The notes beneath the pieces are model-generated. The model searched no databases, was not told the origin of the DNA, and worked only from the letters and a program-made list of their open reading frames with translations. This document shows, in pieces, positions 47,720 through 60,779 of a stretch of 64,000 nucleotides of DNA. The translations under genes and the position numbers were made by a program. The stretch covers positions 1 to 64,000 of the forward strand of contig MU057801.1 in the NCBI GenBank assembly GCA_013265495.1, given 5' to 3'. Position 1 is the stretch's first letter. Every line of letters begins with the position of its first letter. This DNA comes from Vicugna vicugna. Lineage: Eukaryota.

Positions 47720-48330
47720 TGGTATATATGCCACAATTTCTTTATCCAGTCATCTGTTGATGGGCATTTGGGTTGTTTCCATGTCTTGGCTATTGTATAT
47801 AGTGTTGCTATGAACATTGGGGTGCATGTATCTTTTTCAGATTAGAATTTCCTCCCAATATATGCTCAGGAGTGAGATTGCTGGATCATAAGGTAAGTCT
47901 GTTTTTAGTTTTTTAAGGATCTCCATACTGTTTTCCGTAGTGGCTGCACCAATTTACATCCCCACCAGCAGTGTAGGAGGGCTCCCTTTTCTCCACACCC
48001 TCTCCAGCATTTATCGTTTGTGGACTTTTTAATGATGGCCGTTCTGACTGGTGTGAGTTGATCCCTCATTGAAGGTTTGATTTGCATTTCTTTGGTAATT
48101 AGTGATGTTGAGCATTTTTTCACGTGCCTGTCAGCCATCTGGATGTCGTCATTGGAGAAAATGCATGGCTTCTTGAGGCTTGGGCTTGGGAACGACAGTC
48201 CACTTCTGCCTTATTCTTGTGGCCAAAGCAAGTTACAGGCCATTCCGGACGAGACATGAGAAACAGACTCCAGCCCTGGGTGGGGGGAGCTGCCACACCA
48301 GCTTGCGAAGGGCAGGCACACAGGGAGGGG
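47410..48330 (-). mobile_element. MLT1-family MaLR LTR interrupted by a LINE-1 fragment (47568-48160)
   Basis: MLT1 end (cctaacaaactgcctcaaaacttagtagcttaaaa) on the left; continuation (ccacttctgccttattcttgtggccaaagcaagttacagg) on the right. Confidence 0.65.
47568..48160 (-). mobile_element. LINE-1 ORF2 C-terminal fragment with (TG)n at ~47661-47717
   Basis: Minus-strand peptides MFIATLYTIAKTWKQPKCPSTDDWIKKLW and [17 protein letters not shown]...[25 protein letters not shown]. Confidence 0.92.
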
Positions 48331-48695
48331 AGAAGCGTGGCCATCTCTGCAGCCCACACACCCAGTGATGTGGAGGACATTGTAGCACTACAGAGGACAT
48401 GATGGAAAGGAAACCTTGGCCTGGTTTATAACTTACGAAAAAAATGAAACTGGACTGAGAGGCCCAGATAGATGCAGAAGAGCAGAGCCCTGGGCGTCCC
48501 CCTGACTCCATTCTCCATCTGCTGAGTCTGTATGGGGGGGATGGAGGCAGGTCTGGGGGGAGATGGCAGAACACAGGCTGGACAGTTGGTAGCAAAGAGA
48601 GGTTTATTTTCCTTTGCTACAGTTCTTTCTTTCTCCGTCGGCTGGGGGTGGCGGGCGATCAGGGCACGGCAAGGAGATCAGAGGTAAAGAGTAAG

Positions 48696-49333
48696 TGTTG
48701 TTGGGTCCAGGTTCTCGTCCCGTCGCAGAAAGAGTCCAGAGACGAGACACAGAGGTTAAGAAAGTAAGGTGGGGATTTATTAAGGGGTGGACAGCACACT
48801 CTCAAGGGGAGAGCAGGCAGGCCCAGGCGAGCGGCTGCCCCGAGTTTCTTTGGCAGTTGAGTTACACAGGGTGTGAAAATGAACGGGCAGAGTATTCATT
48901 GGGGAGGGGAGGGTCTAGGGTCTTATTCCCTGATTTTCATCCCAGCTCCACCTTCCTGAAGGTGAGATTTTTGTCTTCATTTAGTCTGGATCAGAAGTGT
49001 CATGGCATCGGTGCATGATGGGTACTTATAGTCTGCAAGGCTAATTTTATTGTAATGAGGGCATAATGAGCCAAAGGTTACGTTCGGACACTGGAGAGTC
49101 CTGCCTTTTCCCACCTCTCTTTATTGGCCTCCAGGCCACTTGTCATCCCAAAAATATGTGACTGCTTATCAGCCCAGAGGTTCCTGCTTTTCTCTCTCTG
49201 CCAGGGGACCCCTGTTTACGTGATGGAGGGTTTCCTGCATTTGGCCCCATGCCCTTCCTTTCTGCCCAGTACCTGCCATTTTGCCTGCGTCTGCCTTCCT
49301 CTGCTCATATCTGGCTATCTCCCTGCTCGAACA
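48696..49333 (-). mobile_element. Solo ERV1-class LTR, 638 bp
   Basis: TGTT...AACA termini, near-perfect 4-bp TSD (taag/caag), minus-strand AATAAA at 48776-48781. Confidence 0.85.
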
Positions 49334-51029
49334 CAAGCTGCCCCTTTCCCGTCTGAGTCAGTGGAAGGAGCCCTGAATCTGATAAACCTGAAACAGCACC
49401 AGTTCTCTCTGCTTCCTGCCACTAGGCTTCAAGCACACGGGGTTTGTCTGATGGGTGGTTTGGGGGAGGTGAGGGGGCATGGGGGGGGGGTGAGATGGGC
49501 TGTCTCCTGCATCCTTTTCCCATGGATTTGCAGGAAGACTTCAACTTCCGCCCCCTGCCCCCCAGTCATTGGTGCGTCTGTCACGGTGGCCCCGCGAGGG
49601 CAGGACCCTCCTCATCCTCGCTTTAGAGACGGGAAAGCCGAGTGCTGGGAGGTTCAGGAACTTGCCCTGGATCCCACAGGTGGGCGGGGGCCCAGGCGGG
49701 CTTTGAAGCCAGGCCATGTTTTGGATTCCAGGCGCGTGGCCCCTGAGCCCTGAGCCCGTGTGTCCTGTGGGTGGAGTCAGGGAAGCAGAGTTCAGTCTTT
49801 CCCCGTCCCCTGCACCGCGCGGGGGGAGGGGGGGTCTGAGGTCTGAGGGGTGTGTCGGGAAGGCCAGTGCGCAGTACGAGGCAGCTACCTGTGGGGAGCC
49901 CCGCCCTCCCTGGGTCATCCAGGTGGGTAATTTCATCCCACCTGGGGATCCACCCCCTCCCCTGGCGGAGTCCTGAGCCCCCAGGTCTCAGCGCCCAGCT
50001 CCACGGCGCCCCGAGGGGTGCTCCCGTGGTCTCTGGAGCAAGTCTGGTCCTCGGGCCCCTGCCGAGTCATTTGAAATCCTCCTCCTCAGGGCAATGCCCC
50101 TGGGAGGGGCTCGCACGCCCTGTGTCTGTGTCCCCCGAGTCCATGTCCGGAACTCAGCAGAGTGGATGGAGAAGGCTTGCTGAGGGAGCCCGCTCGCTCT
50201 TCAGTTAAAGGCTAGTGCTGCCACCTTCTGGCCAGCAAGTTTTGCAGTGGTTTCCTGAAGATGGGATTTATTCCTTTACTCTCCATTCTCTTTCTTTCCT
50301 CCTTTATTTCCCGTTCTTTCCCACACGCAGGCACAGCCGAGAACCCTGGGGGTCATGAGGAGAAGCCAGTCTTGCTTGAAAACAGCAGCGCTTTCGGAAG
50401 GCCTGCCACCAGCCAGGCCCTGCTCAAGGCACATTCTGTGCTCTTGCCTCACATCAGACGCAAGGGCCACTGTTTTTTTCCCCCATTTTACAGATGAGAC
50501 AACTGAGGCCCAGAGAGGTGCTGTCATCTGTGTGTCATGGTGTCTGGCACATTCAAGTGCTCAACGAGCATGTGCTGTCACCTGTAGAAAGAGCAGCTGT
50601 GTCTTCATTTGAGCCCACAGTGCAGGTGTTTATTCACACGGTGATGCTCGGAAGCTCAGTGAGGGCACAGGGGTGGGGCCGGGAAGGGGGAAAGGCCTTT
50701 CGGGCTGGGACCAGGAGCAAGGGACCACTGTGGGTCCCCGGGGCTGAGTCCCACAGAGGACCTGTGACAGACCGTGTGGGATGCATCCTGGAGTTGTCCC
50801 ACCCAGAGTCATGGACACTGGGGTATTCCCAGAGAAATCACAAGGACTGTTGAAAGCCATTGTGAACTTCATGAGTACATCCTGTAAGCTGCCACATTTG
50901 TCCAGGGAAGGAAACGGGAGAATCTGTTGTGCAGGATTCTGCTGGCACCCTGTGCTCCCACTTCGTTCCCTGCGTCAGCTCCTGCTGGGCAGCAGACCGC
51001 CCAGCGGCCGTGGGGAAGTTAACCCAGAG

Positions 51030-51440
51030 CACCGATTTAGCTCATGCGGTATAGGTGGGCTGGGGCTTGGCGGGTCTGGACTGGGCTGGCCAGGCAGCTC
51101 TGCGGATCTCAGCCTGGCAGCTCCCACTGAGGGGACGAGGGTGGGGCTGATCCAGGCTGGCTTCGTCTGGGCGACTCCGCTAACGGCCTGGGTCCAGCTG
51201 GCTTGGTCTCTGGCTGGGGTCCAGGGTCAAGGCTGCTCCACCCGAGTGCATGCTGAGTCCAGGCTTGTGGGCAGTAGCAGCCCACAGGGGCCAGTGCTAC
51301 GACCGTGGCAGAGGCCCGGGGTGCAGGTGGAAACCCAGAGCCTCTTGACAGACGCTCCTACATTCCTGTGTTATGACTTTATGAGTCACAGGACCACACC
51401 CAAGTCCAGGGCTGAGAGGTAAAGTCAGCCCTCCCGGGCA
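51030..51440 (-). mobile_element. Old MLT1-family MaLR LTR
   Basis: tttagctcatgcgg...ctgggctggccaggcagctctgc...ccacacccaagtccagggctgagaggtaaa. Confidence 0.5.
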
Positions 51441-52627
51441 GGTGTTGGCTGTTGCTGACCTTGGTCAGGACCCACGAGGCCCTCTGCCCTGCTGCCCCTG
51501 CTTCTTCCGAACTGGGCAACACGATGTGAAAGGTGAAGGCCTTCGCCAGTCCCAGTGTTAGTTATAACTTTGGACGAACTCCCAAATCTTTCATGACAGT
51601 CTAAGCTGTTATTAGTGGGGGTGACATGGTTATTAAAGGCTGCACATCCTCTAGTTCCAGGAGCCTCTGTCATCTCAGACCTTCACCGGGAGTCCTGTCT
51701 CGTCTTGTGCCCTGGCCTTGCTCCTCGCGGACCCAGGAGGCAGCCAGAGGGGTCGGGCTCCCTCAGGGACCCCCTCCCACCTCCCGGGCCGCCGCCCAGA
51801 GGGTCGGACTTGGCATCAGCGCCTGCCGGTCGCTCCGGGCGTCCCAGTGAAATAAGAGCGGCCCGCGGGGCGAGTAAATCAGCTACGTCGATGTGTGTGT
51901 TTCCCTGCGTTCTAGGGGAAGGCCCTGCGTTCTGTGAAAATGTCACTTCTTCGCCGCTCACAGCGCCCTGGCTCTCTCCCCTGGCACGGACACCGTTTAT
52001 CTGGAAGGAGACGCGGCGCTTTTCTGTCGGCTGGAATTAGCAGCCGTAAATTTACAGGACTTTTTCCAAGTGAGCATGGAAAAGACTTGCTGTTTTATGC
52101 GATTCGTGAGCTCTAAGTCATACAGCATATGCTCTGGGCGGCTTGACTGCTGTGTTCTGGCCCCGCAGAGAAGGTCTGCGGAAGAGGCCTAAGCCTTGAA
52201 GGATGAACACGTCTCTCCAAACCCTCGTAAGTTATTTATGCCGTGTTGGCGTGTTGGCCGAGCAAGCTGGACCTTCATCTAGTGTCTTCACGATGGAACC
52301 CCACTCGGCCCAGCAGAGCTTTCTCAAAACCCATCAGTGCAATCATGTGCCTTTTTAATGCTGTTAAAATGCCCATGGGCTTCGTGGCTTGTTTCCATCT
52401 TTGTAAATCCATGAGGATTGGGCAGAAAGTACCAGATGTGTGAGCCAATTAGTGTGTCACTTCTGGGTGGGAAGGATGGTGGGGGAGCGGAGAGATGAGA
52501 TGGGGAGGGAGCAGCTGCATTAATGAGCAGATGACCACTGTGGGCAGGTCCCACTGGGGAGGTCCGGGAGATGGCGTTGACCTCACCTCAGCATTGGATC
52601 ATCCAATGGGCATTTATGCATCACCCC

Positions 52628-52699
52628 CCATCCGTCACTGGTGAGGACCATTCCATGGGGCAACCAGCCATCACTGGTGAGGACCATTCCATGGGGCAC
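52628..52699. repeat. Tandem duplication, 2 x 36 bp
   Basis: ccatccgtcactggtgaggaccattccatggggcaa / ccagccatcactggtgaggaccattccatggggcac. Confidence 0.9.
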
Positions 52700-53149
52700 T
52701 AGCTCTGTGGCCTTCTGGCCCGCCCATGAGTGAGCCAAGCATGCTCCGGCCGTCAGAATCTTCAGATCAGAGAGAGCCATGGGTTTTTGCAGTGGGAAAC
52801 CCTTGTGTTTGGGACTGGCAGCTGCTGAGGGGACATGAGTGAGGCACCCTTAGCATCTGCTACCGGGTGTGCCAAAGAGTTTAAGGAATGGAAGGGGGGA
52901 ACTGTAGCTCTTAAATCTGAGCACCGCAGATGCTGAACACCCCTGAGGTCTTTGGATGGGATGGGAAAAGGGAAGTGTTCTTTTTGCATTGCTATTTAAT
53001 TTATTTAATTTCGTCACAGTCATGCCATGCAACATTATCCAATCACTAGAAAAGGAAGAGGAACTACTGTAATGATGTGAAACTGTCTTCAAGTTACAGT
53101 TTTGAGTAAGAAAAAAAGCACAGTACAGAACAATCTTTAGAGTATGTTC

Positions 53150-53820
53150 CCATTTATGAAAAATAGCTTTGTTGGGATATAATTCACGTGTCGTAAGACT
53201 CACCTGCTTTGCGTTACAGGTGTGAGTGTCTTAGCGCGCCTTTGCAGGTTTCTAGCAGTCTCACGTGCCGCGCGGTCTTTTGCGTCGGGCTGCTTTCGCT
53301 CGGTCGTCCGTGTTTCTCGTGCGTCAGTCGTTCGTTCCCTTTCTACCGTGGAAAAGCACTTCGCTGTACGGATGTGTCACTTTTTGTTTACCCATTCTCC
53401 TGCTGATGGACATTTGGAGGGACTTTGGTTTTATTATGTGTGTCATGAGCTGCTGTGAATGTCCACACGCAAGTCCTTAGGTGGACACAGAGCTCTGTTT
53501 CTTTCGGACAGGTACTTCCGAGTGAAGCTTTTGGGCCGTATGATGAGTGTTTGTTTAGTTCTTTAAGAACAGGGAGCTGATTTCTTTGTATCCTCACTGA
53601 CAGTTGGTGGTGTCAGTTTTTTCATGTTCGCCGTCCCGATAGAAGCGTGGTCGCATCTTACTGAGGCTTTAGCATTTCCCCTCGATTAAGGACGCTGAGT
53701 ATCTCTTCATGTGCCCGTTTGCGATTCGGTTATCTTCTTCGGCGAAGTATCTGTTCAGATCACTTCTCATCTTTGCGTTGGGTTCTTTGTCTCCTTGTTG
53801 ATTCATAAAGATTCTGGACT
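53150..53820 (-). mobile_element. Old LINE-1 3' fragment, unusually CpG-rich
   Basis: gggatataattcacgtg...tttgtttacccattctcctgctgatggacatttgg...gctgctgtgaatgtcc...atctcttcatgtgcccgtttgcgattc. Confidence 0.75.
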
Positions 53821-55458
53821 ATCGCCATGTTTTTTCTGTAAGTTCAAAATTATTTCCAAGTAAAAAATTTTAAAAAGCCTAGCCCCCGTCTCTCTCCCCT
53901 CGCCCCATCCAAATGGTACGCCTGGAATTGTTTCGTAGCATGGACATCCTCGCTGAAAGAACTGAGGGACGAGAACAGATTTTGAATCTTTTGCCAGAAA
54001 GAGTCACTACCTGATAACAACACAGTAGGTCTTTTTTAAATTGAGACATACCTCCTTGACCACTGTTTCTCTGTGAACGAGCAGTTGGCTACAGAATGTC
54101 CAGTGGAGGTCTGGGCGGGGCTGCGCAGACGCGTTCTTGCAGCGGGAGCGCAGGTGCACCTGCGTCCGCAGGGGGCTCCCCGCCACCCAGCCACTGACGC
54201 TGACCCTGGCGGGGCAGAGTCGCCCTCCTTCACGTCCCACCAGAGCCACTGCTTCCTCCACAGCTTCCCACCTAATGAGAGTGAACCAAGTCCATGCCTG
54301 TAGCTCAGTGTCCTGAGTTCAAACAGAAATTAACGGGCTGGTTTTGCCATAGCAGATGGAATAAGTATGCTCAGGCGGAGAAGAAAGTGGATCCAACCCA
54401 CTTGTCACCTCCCTGACCAGCCAGGTGGGCTCATACTTACCGACGTTCAATTTTCCAAATATTTAGTGAGCCTCCGCTGTTCCTTGTTTCATTCATCCGT
54501 TAAACCTTTATGAACTCCTAACATGCATCACACAGTGTTTGAGGCTGGTGGGGCGGGGGGTGGTTAGCAGTGAACCAGAGGGGCAAAGGGCATTCCCCCA
54601 AGAGGCTTCCATCCTTTAGGATGGAAGAAATAGATGGATGCAAGTGGGAGAAACACACACGAAGTAATTAAGAAATAAAGACATAATACACACGTCAGGT
54701 TATAATAAGCACTATGAACTGAAATAAAAACACAGTAAGGCGGTGGACACAGGTGGGTTCATAAAAATTCTGGAAGGATGTGCTACAAAGATTAACAAGT
54801 AGATCTGTGGTTTTAAATTTTTTATTTATTTTAGTTACTTGTTTTCTAATTTTTATAACAAACTTGTATTCCTTTTTTTTGATTAAAAAGTTATTCTGAA
54901 TTTTAAAACATTAGATTTGAATGTCCATATGATTAACTATCACTGGTGGTGTCATAATTTTGCAACCAAAATTATTGGAAAAAATCACTTAGAAAATAAT
55001 ACATAGTCTTTATTATCTGGGGTGTGGCTTCTGCACATTTTAAGAATTTTGATGTTTGGAAGTCTAAGCTAAATAAATTATAGAAAAGATGTGTTTATCA
55101 AATGCCTTTCTGATGGGCAGTTTGGAATGATGGGTGACCCCTTCAAGTGCTGGTAAAGTACAGATTTTGCTAAGTTGGTCAGAATAGAAAATGGTAGCAT
55201 TAAATGCAAGATGCAGAGACCAAACCATCTGAGCCCCAAATGCTGTTTCTGACATTGTTTTGTTTTGTTTTCACTGGCAAATGGGACGGCAGATGTGTGT
55301 CTAGGAGTTCACACAACAGAACAATGAAGTGGAGAGTTCAGTCATTGGATTAACTGGGTGCAAGCAAATTCTCACACTTGGAAAATTCTGGCAAAAATAA
55401 AACATTTCAAAGCCCGAGCCACCTCTTTGCCTGGGGCTCAGCTCCCTGGAACCCACAC

Positions 55459-55494
55459 GCATGCATCACACAGGTGCATGCATCACACAGGTGC
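55459..55494. repeat. Perfect tandem duplication, 2 x 17 bp
   Basis: gcatgcatcacacaggt twice. Confidence 0.9.
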
Positions 55495-55538
55495 TGGCGG
55501 GGGCGATCGCGTTGCCCCTCTCCCTCCCTCTGCTCCTC

Positions 55539-55692
55539 CCCAGGGCCTCCATGCCTCTGACTCTAGCCTTTTCACTGATTGCTGCCACTTTCCAGTAAAG
55601 GTGACACTTTGTTTCCCAGGGCCTCCATGCCTCCGACTCTAGCCTTTTCACTGATTGCTGCCACTTTCCAGTAAAGGTGACACTTTGTTTCC
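55539..55692. repeat. Tandem duplication, 2 x 76 bp with one mismatch
   Basis: cccagggcctccatgcctc(t/c)gactctagcc...gtgacactttgttt at 55539 and 55615. Confidence 0.95.
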
Positions 55693-58600
55693 TAATGTCG
55701 CCACTGATTATAACAACCGCTCACAACCGGGAGGTCACAGGACACCCCCACACAGCGCGCCCAGCCCAGCCCATTCTGCCCACACCGTCACGTTATCCCA
55801 CTTCTTGTCCAGGCTGACTTTAAAATCCACTTGGGAATAAATCCAGTGCTATCTGAATAGCAGTTACGTTTGATGGTTTGCGAACTTGGTCGTGTTTTCT
55901 TGTAACTAATTGGGGTTCAGAGTTACGCGTTTAAGCAGGACAAGGAGACTCAGAGTCCAGGTCCACATGGATTAACATTGGCTTAAGTCTGAGCTTTGTG
56001 GCTCTGTTCATTGTTTCCAGGGATTTCCATTGTTTCAGAGTGACTGATCCCAGTAGCTCTTAGGTTTCTTTTTTGTTTGTTTTTCACTTCCTTGTTGATT
56101 GGATTCTAAGGAGCCCAACTTGCATTCCCTGGCTTGACGTCCCTAGATAACTCATTATTGAGAAATTAAATGATGATACTTGAGTGAATGCTTACAATGA
56201 GGCAAGAATTCTAGCTACAAAGATAAAGTGCACTTTAAGCAAAAGTTAGCGCTTTAAAGTTTGGTGGTATTCAACAAAGATTAACCAAGGTGTATAAAGG
56301 ACTATTCGAGATTGAGTGAAAAGTAATATGTTGACTTTCTTATGACAAATACCAACTTCACTAAATAGCATTCGTTTATTTTTATGTAAATTCATTCTGC
56401 ATTGTAAGAGTTCGCTTTTGCCATAAATAGTTTCATTAACTTTGTTTCTAAAATACTGCTTTTTTTTTTCTTCCTTGGACTTGAAAAAGCAGAAGTTACA
56501 GTGACACCCTCGTGTGGCATCTGCTGCTGTGTTAGAGTGTGTGCCGTGTTTTCATTTTCAGTTGTTTTTTTCCCTCCCTTCGCCTTTTCCTTTAGTTAAT
56601 GTGAATCACATTGTATTTTCCGCCCCTGAGCACTGATTCATTGCCATCCACTTCCTCCGGAGCGCTGCCCACCACAGTCCTCCGGGAAGCGGGTTAGTCT
56701 CAGCCGAGCCAGGCACCTCGTGTGCTGCTGTCAGCTCCGGCTCCGGCAGCCGTGCCTGGAGCGGGAAGATGAAGGCTGCTGTAGTGTCGTCCTTTGGGCA
56801 GGGACTCGGCTTCCGCGTGGGGGTCTGTGTGGCTCCTCGTACTCCCTGCGTGCACCTTTACAATAGGACATGCAGGCAGACTGAAGTTGAGACGGACAGA
56901 GTCTCATCTGGCCAAGAATGTTTTCGGGCACACTTCTGCCCCCAGGAAGTGGACATCAGAGTTGCTCAGAGCCCCGGGCCGGCGGCACCTGCGTGATGTT
57001 TGTGGATGGGCAGGATCTTAATATGTTGATGCGATTCTGAAAAACTTGGAACAGCTTTCTTTATGTCCAACATGTTTTTCTTTAATCCACTTGAGTCTAA
57101 TTGCAGAAAATTTCAAGTCAAAGGGTTTTCTTCATAGGCTAGACTGTGAAGGACATTGCTAAGGTCGTGCCTCAATCAGACCCAGACCTGGTTGCTGGGT
57201 TTCATCTGGCACGTGGCATCACTGATTGACAGCTTGCGGCCACCTGTCCCCAGGGTGTGGCTGCCGGCTTCCTGCCGTTTGATGTCCCCTGCCCTAAGGG
57301 TGCCACGGCTGCCATCTCCACCATCGGGAGAACGCATTAATCTTCCTGTTCAGACTGAAGCCTCTTCAGGTTTTGGAACTAAAGCAGTGGAATAGCAGAG
57401 ACACACGGTCTGCCAGTCAGACAGACTGAACATGGTGCCGGAAGGTCACATTCTGCTCTGAGCCCTGGGTGGTTTTGGGGAACTATTTTTGCCTCATGGG
57501 GTTTCTTTGGAAGTTAAGAGGTGGGAAGGCCAACGGAAATAGTGTGTCCAGGTAAGGGCTGGACGCGGCGGACCCGTGGTCGGGGCTGGGCACACGGACA
57601 TTGGATGGACACACGGGAAGTGCAAGTTCTCAGCGCTCTGTGGTAAAAGGACGCCAGCTCTGTCTCCCTGCAAAGATGGAGCTCTTGCCCGAGGACTCGG
57701 CTCCGGCCTGTGCTGTCCCTCGCCTGGAAGCTCTGGGGACCGCGGAGCGTGGCAGCCTTCCTGCTCGGTCAGAAGGAGCGTCGGCACGCTGCTGAGCAGA
57801 GCCTCGCTCGACCCCAGCGCGCGCGCTGCCGGCGCCAAGGTCTCGGGTGGGTCAGTTAGCCTATGGGCCTCACGTTTGTCACTGATGGAAGCGGAGTCGG
57901 GCCAGCTCTGCCTGAAGGCCCAGAGTGCTGTGCTGAAAAGGGCTCTGGTCCCCCACGGGGAAACAGCACCACAGCTGATGATCAGTGTCACAGGAGAGGC
58001 AGCGCCTGGGAGCCGCCGTTCACGTGCTGCAGGGTTGCTCACCCCCGCCCCCGCCCCGTGCTGATGGCGCCCTGAGATGTGAGCCACGGCAAGTCTGGAA
58101 GGCGCACTTGTTACTGACACCACGGGCCGCTGGCTAGCCTGAACGTTGGCCAGAAACCGATACGAGCGTAGAAATGAAGTCAGCCGCAGGGCGAGGGCAG
58201 GATCCTAAGGCTGTTCCTCCAAACTGGGTTCACACCCTCTCCAGTGGGAGCCCCAGAGCCAGGGCATTGGTCTCCCTTGGGAGCCAGTGCCCGGCCGGGA
58301 AGCTGGAACAGTCCCCGCAGTTCTGGGATTTGTGGGCCGAGGAAAATACATTACTTTCCCAAAAGGTGCCTTTGATGAGCTTAGAACTAGAAAGTGAGTG
58401 GTTAGTGGTTACTTCCCAGGGGTGACTGTTCGGGGCTAGAGGCGCTGTGTGCGCCCAGTCCCCTCTGCCAGCATCAGGCAGGCCAGGGGGCTCTGAGAAA
58501 CCGCTTCCCGGAAGCCCCTTCGGCCTGGGCTACCACCCTCACCGAGTGCTCGGCTGTGGTTGTCTGGCCACTGCCGGCTGCCACAGTGAGGAGGGGGACT

Positions 58601-60445
58601 TTGTGTCAGTGCGACTCCAGTAATGTTTCCTCTCTGTAGCCTTTTATTTATTTCACATCGTAGTCATTTCACAGGACTTAATTTAGGGAACTAATTGGAT
58701 GCAGAGTGAGCTGGTCCCAGAACGCTGCTGCAGGTGGTGCTGACCTCTGACCTGGACGAGCCCCTGACTTTGCATCTCAGATTTCAACAGCGTTATCCTT
58801 TGGCCATCCCGCCCACGCTAACGCTGTCTCCACCCCCGAGCCCCCTGCTCAAGTTCCGAGTTCATATCCGACTCTCCGGTCTCCTCCACTTCGGTGACCC
58901 ACAGTCCCTTCAAATTCAGCTGATCTAAAGTCTGGCTGTGTTGTTTCTGCCACTGTATCTGCTGTACCTGGATGCTGTATTTTGATGAACTGTACCACCT
59001 TCTACCCAAGTTTCCTACAGATGAAACCTGAGTATTACCTGGGACTCCTTCCCCTCTACCCACACGTATCAGACCCTGACCCCGTAAGTAGATCTCACGT
59101 ATGTGCCCCCCTTTTAAGTGCCGTCATCTCCACCCCCACCCGGTTGGCCCCGCAGCGTCCCCCTCCCACTCAGGTGTTCAGTGATGTCTCGGCCTCACCC
59201 ACAGGGTCCAAATCTAAATGTGTCTGCAGGGCCTGCAGGAAGATCTGCCCTGTCCGCCCTCAGGTGCCTTTCTGCAGAATCCCTGGGCTCCAGCAGTAGT
59301 GAGCGGGGCTGGGCTTGTGGTTTTTTCAAAGCACTTGTTCACCTCTCACTTTTTTTTCCTAAGAAAGCAAAGCGAGGGTTTATTAAGCGACTGTACGCTC
59401 CCCAGGGGAGAGTGGCAGACGCAGGCGGGTGCTGCCCTGAGTTGCACTGTCACGGCTCCCTTCTGAGTGGCATTTCTCTCTGCCGGGAATCCCTTTCATT
59501 GCCTACACATCCTTCCAGCCTCAACTCCGAGGTTGCCTTCTTGGTAAAGCAGCCCTGGCCTCTCTCAGAGGAACTTTTTACACGTGGTATCTTCTGTCGT
59601 CGTGGTGCTGGTCACAAGTCTCAGCCTGAGCAGAGGTCTCGTGAGCATCTGGGTGCAGAGGGCAGCCCTTTGGTTTGTCTTCTGTATCTCACGCCGACTG
59701 CCTGGTGTCCTCTAGAGGAATGGTTGAGCGGGTTGTGGATTGGGGTGCACCCATCCTCAGGGTGTAGGCTGGGACAAGGAGACCCAGGAAAGTGGAGTCC
59801 GGGATGAGAGCAGGCTCATTCCTCTCCCACACGCTCCTGGGGGGTGTTTTCGGGCTCCCCAGGAGTACGGTCTCCCGAATCTTCAGGCCCGCGGAGTTTG
59901 TTCTAGCCTGTGTTTCATCCTTTAAGATGGACCCAAGTGTATTTTATTTCTCATAAGCTTAGAGGTCCGTGCAGACCAGCAGTGGCGCAGGACGTCTAGT
60001 TCCCCAGGACAAGGTGGGGGCGTAGGCACTGCCTGGATTTGACCAGTGGCAGCTCTGCTGGGATGGCAGCGCCCTGTTTTTTCCTGTCAGGCTTCCTGTG
60101 TTTACCCAAAGCTTAGAGATGAATTTCTAATAATAAATCCAAAGAATGACAAGAATTTTCAGGGGCTGGTCAGTGGAATAAACGGAAGAGCCCCTGTAAG
60201 TGTGAGGAGAGCAGGAAGGAAGGAACTTTAAAAGATTTTCACAAATCTTTTTCCAAGAAAAGATTTGAAACTGATGTTCTGATTTTGTCTTTGAAGTGCT
60301 CTTGCTCAGGGCCTTCCCTCCCTGACCCTCTCTAAGTGCCTTTATTCTATGAGATGTCTGAATCACGCTGACTTAAGAGTCCTGGGTGTGGCTCTGCGGG
60401 TGGGGCTCAGCCTCCCAGGCCCAGCAGGTGCTCACCGATTGACAC

Positions 60446-60449
<4 letters not shown>

Positions 60450-60489
<40 letters not shown>

Positions 60490-60499
60490 CAGACAGAGA
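60450..60499. repeat. (GA)n/(GACA)n microsatellite
   Basis: Directly visible. Confidence 0.95.
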
Positions 60500-60779
60500 C
60501 ACGCATGGTTACAGCTCCTGAACCCTGCAACACCGTGTACATCTGTTTGGATGGGCATAATGTTTTAATTATTTATGGTCCCTACTGCTCATGCTAATAC
60601 ACGCATTATTGTGGTTAAATAATTTTGACATAATTTAACCTGAAAAGTGCTTTGTATGCATTTAATGTAGTATTTCTTCACAATGGACTTTGTAGAAGGA
60701 AGTGGCTGTTTGCAAAAATACTTCTTATCCCGGCCTAGGAACTTAGTCAACCACACTTCAAACTTTACAAAATGGTTCT

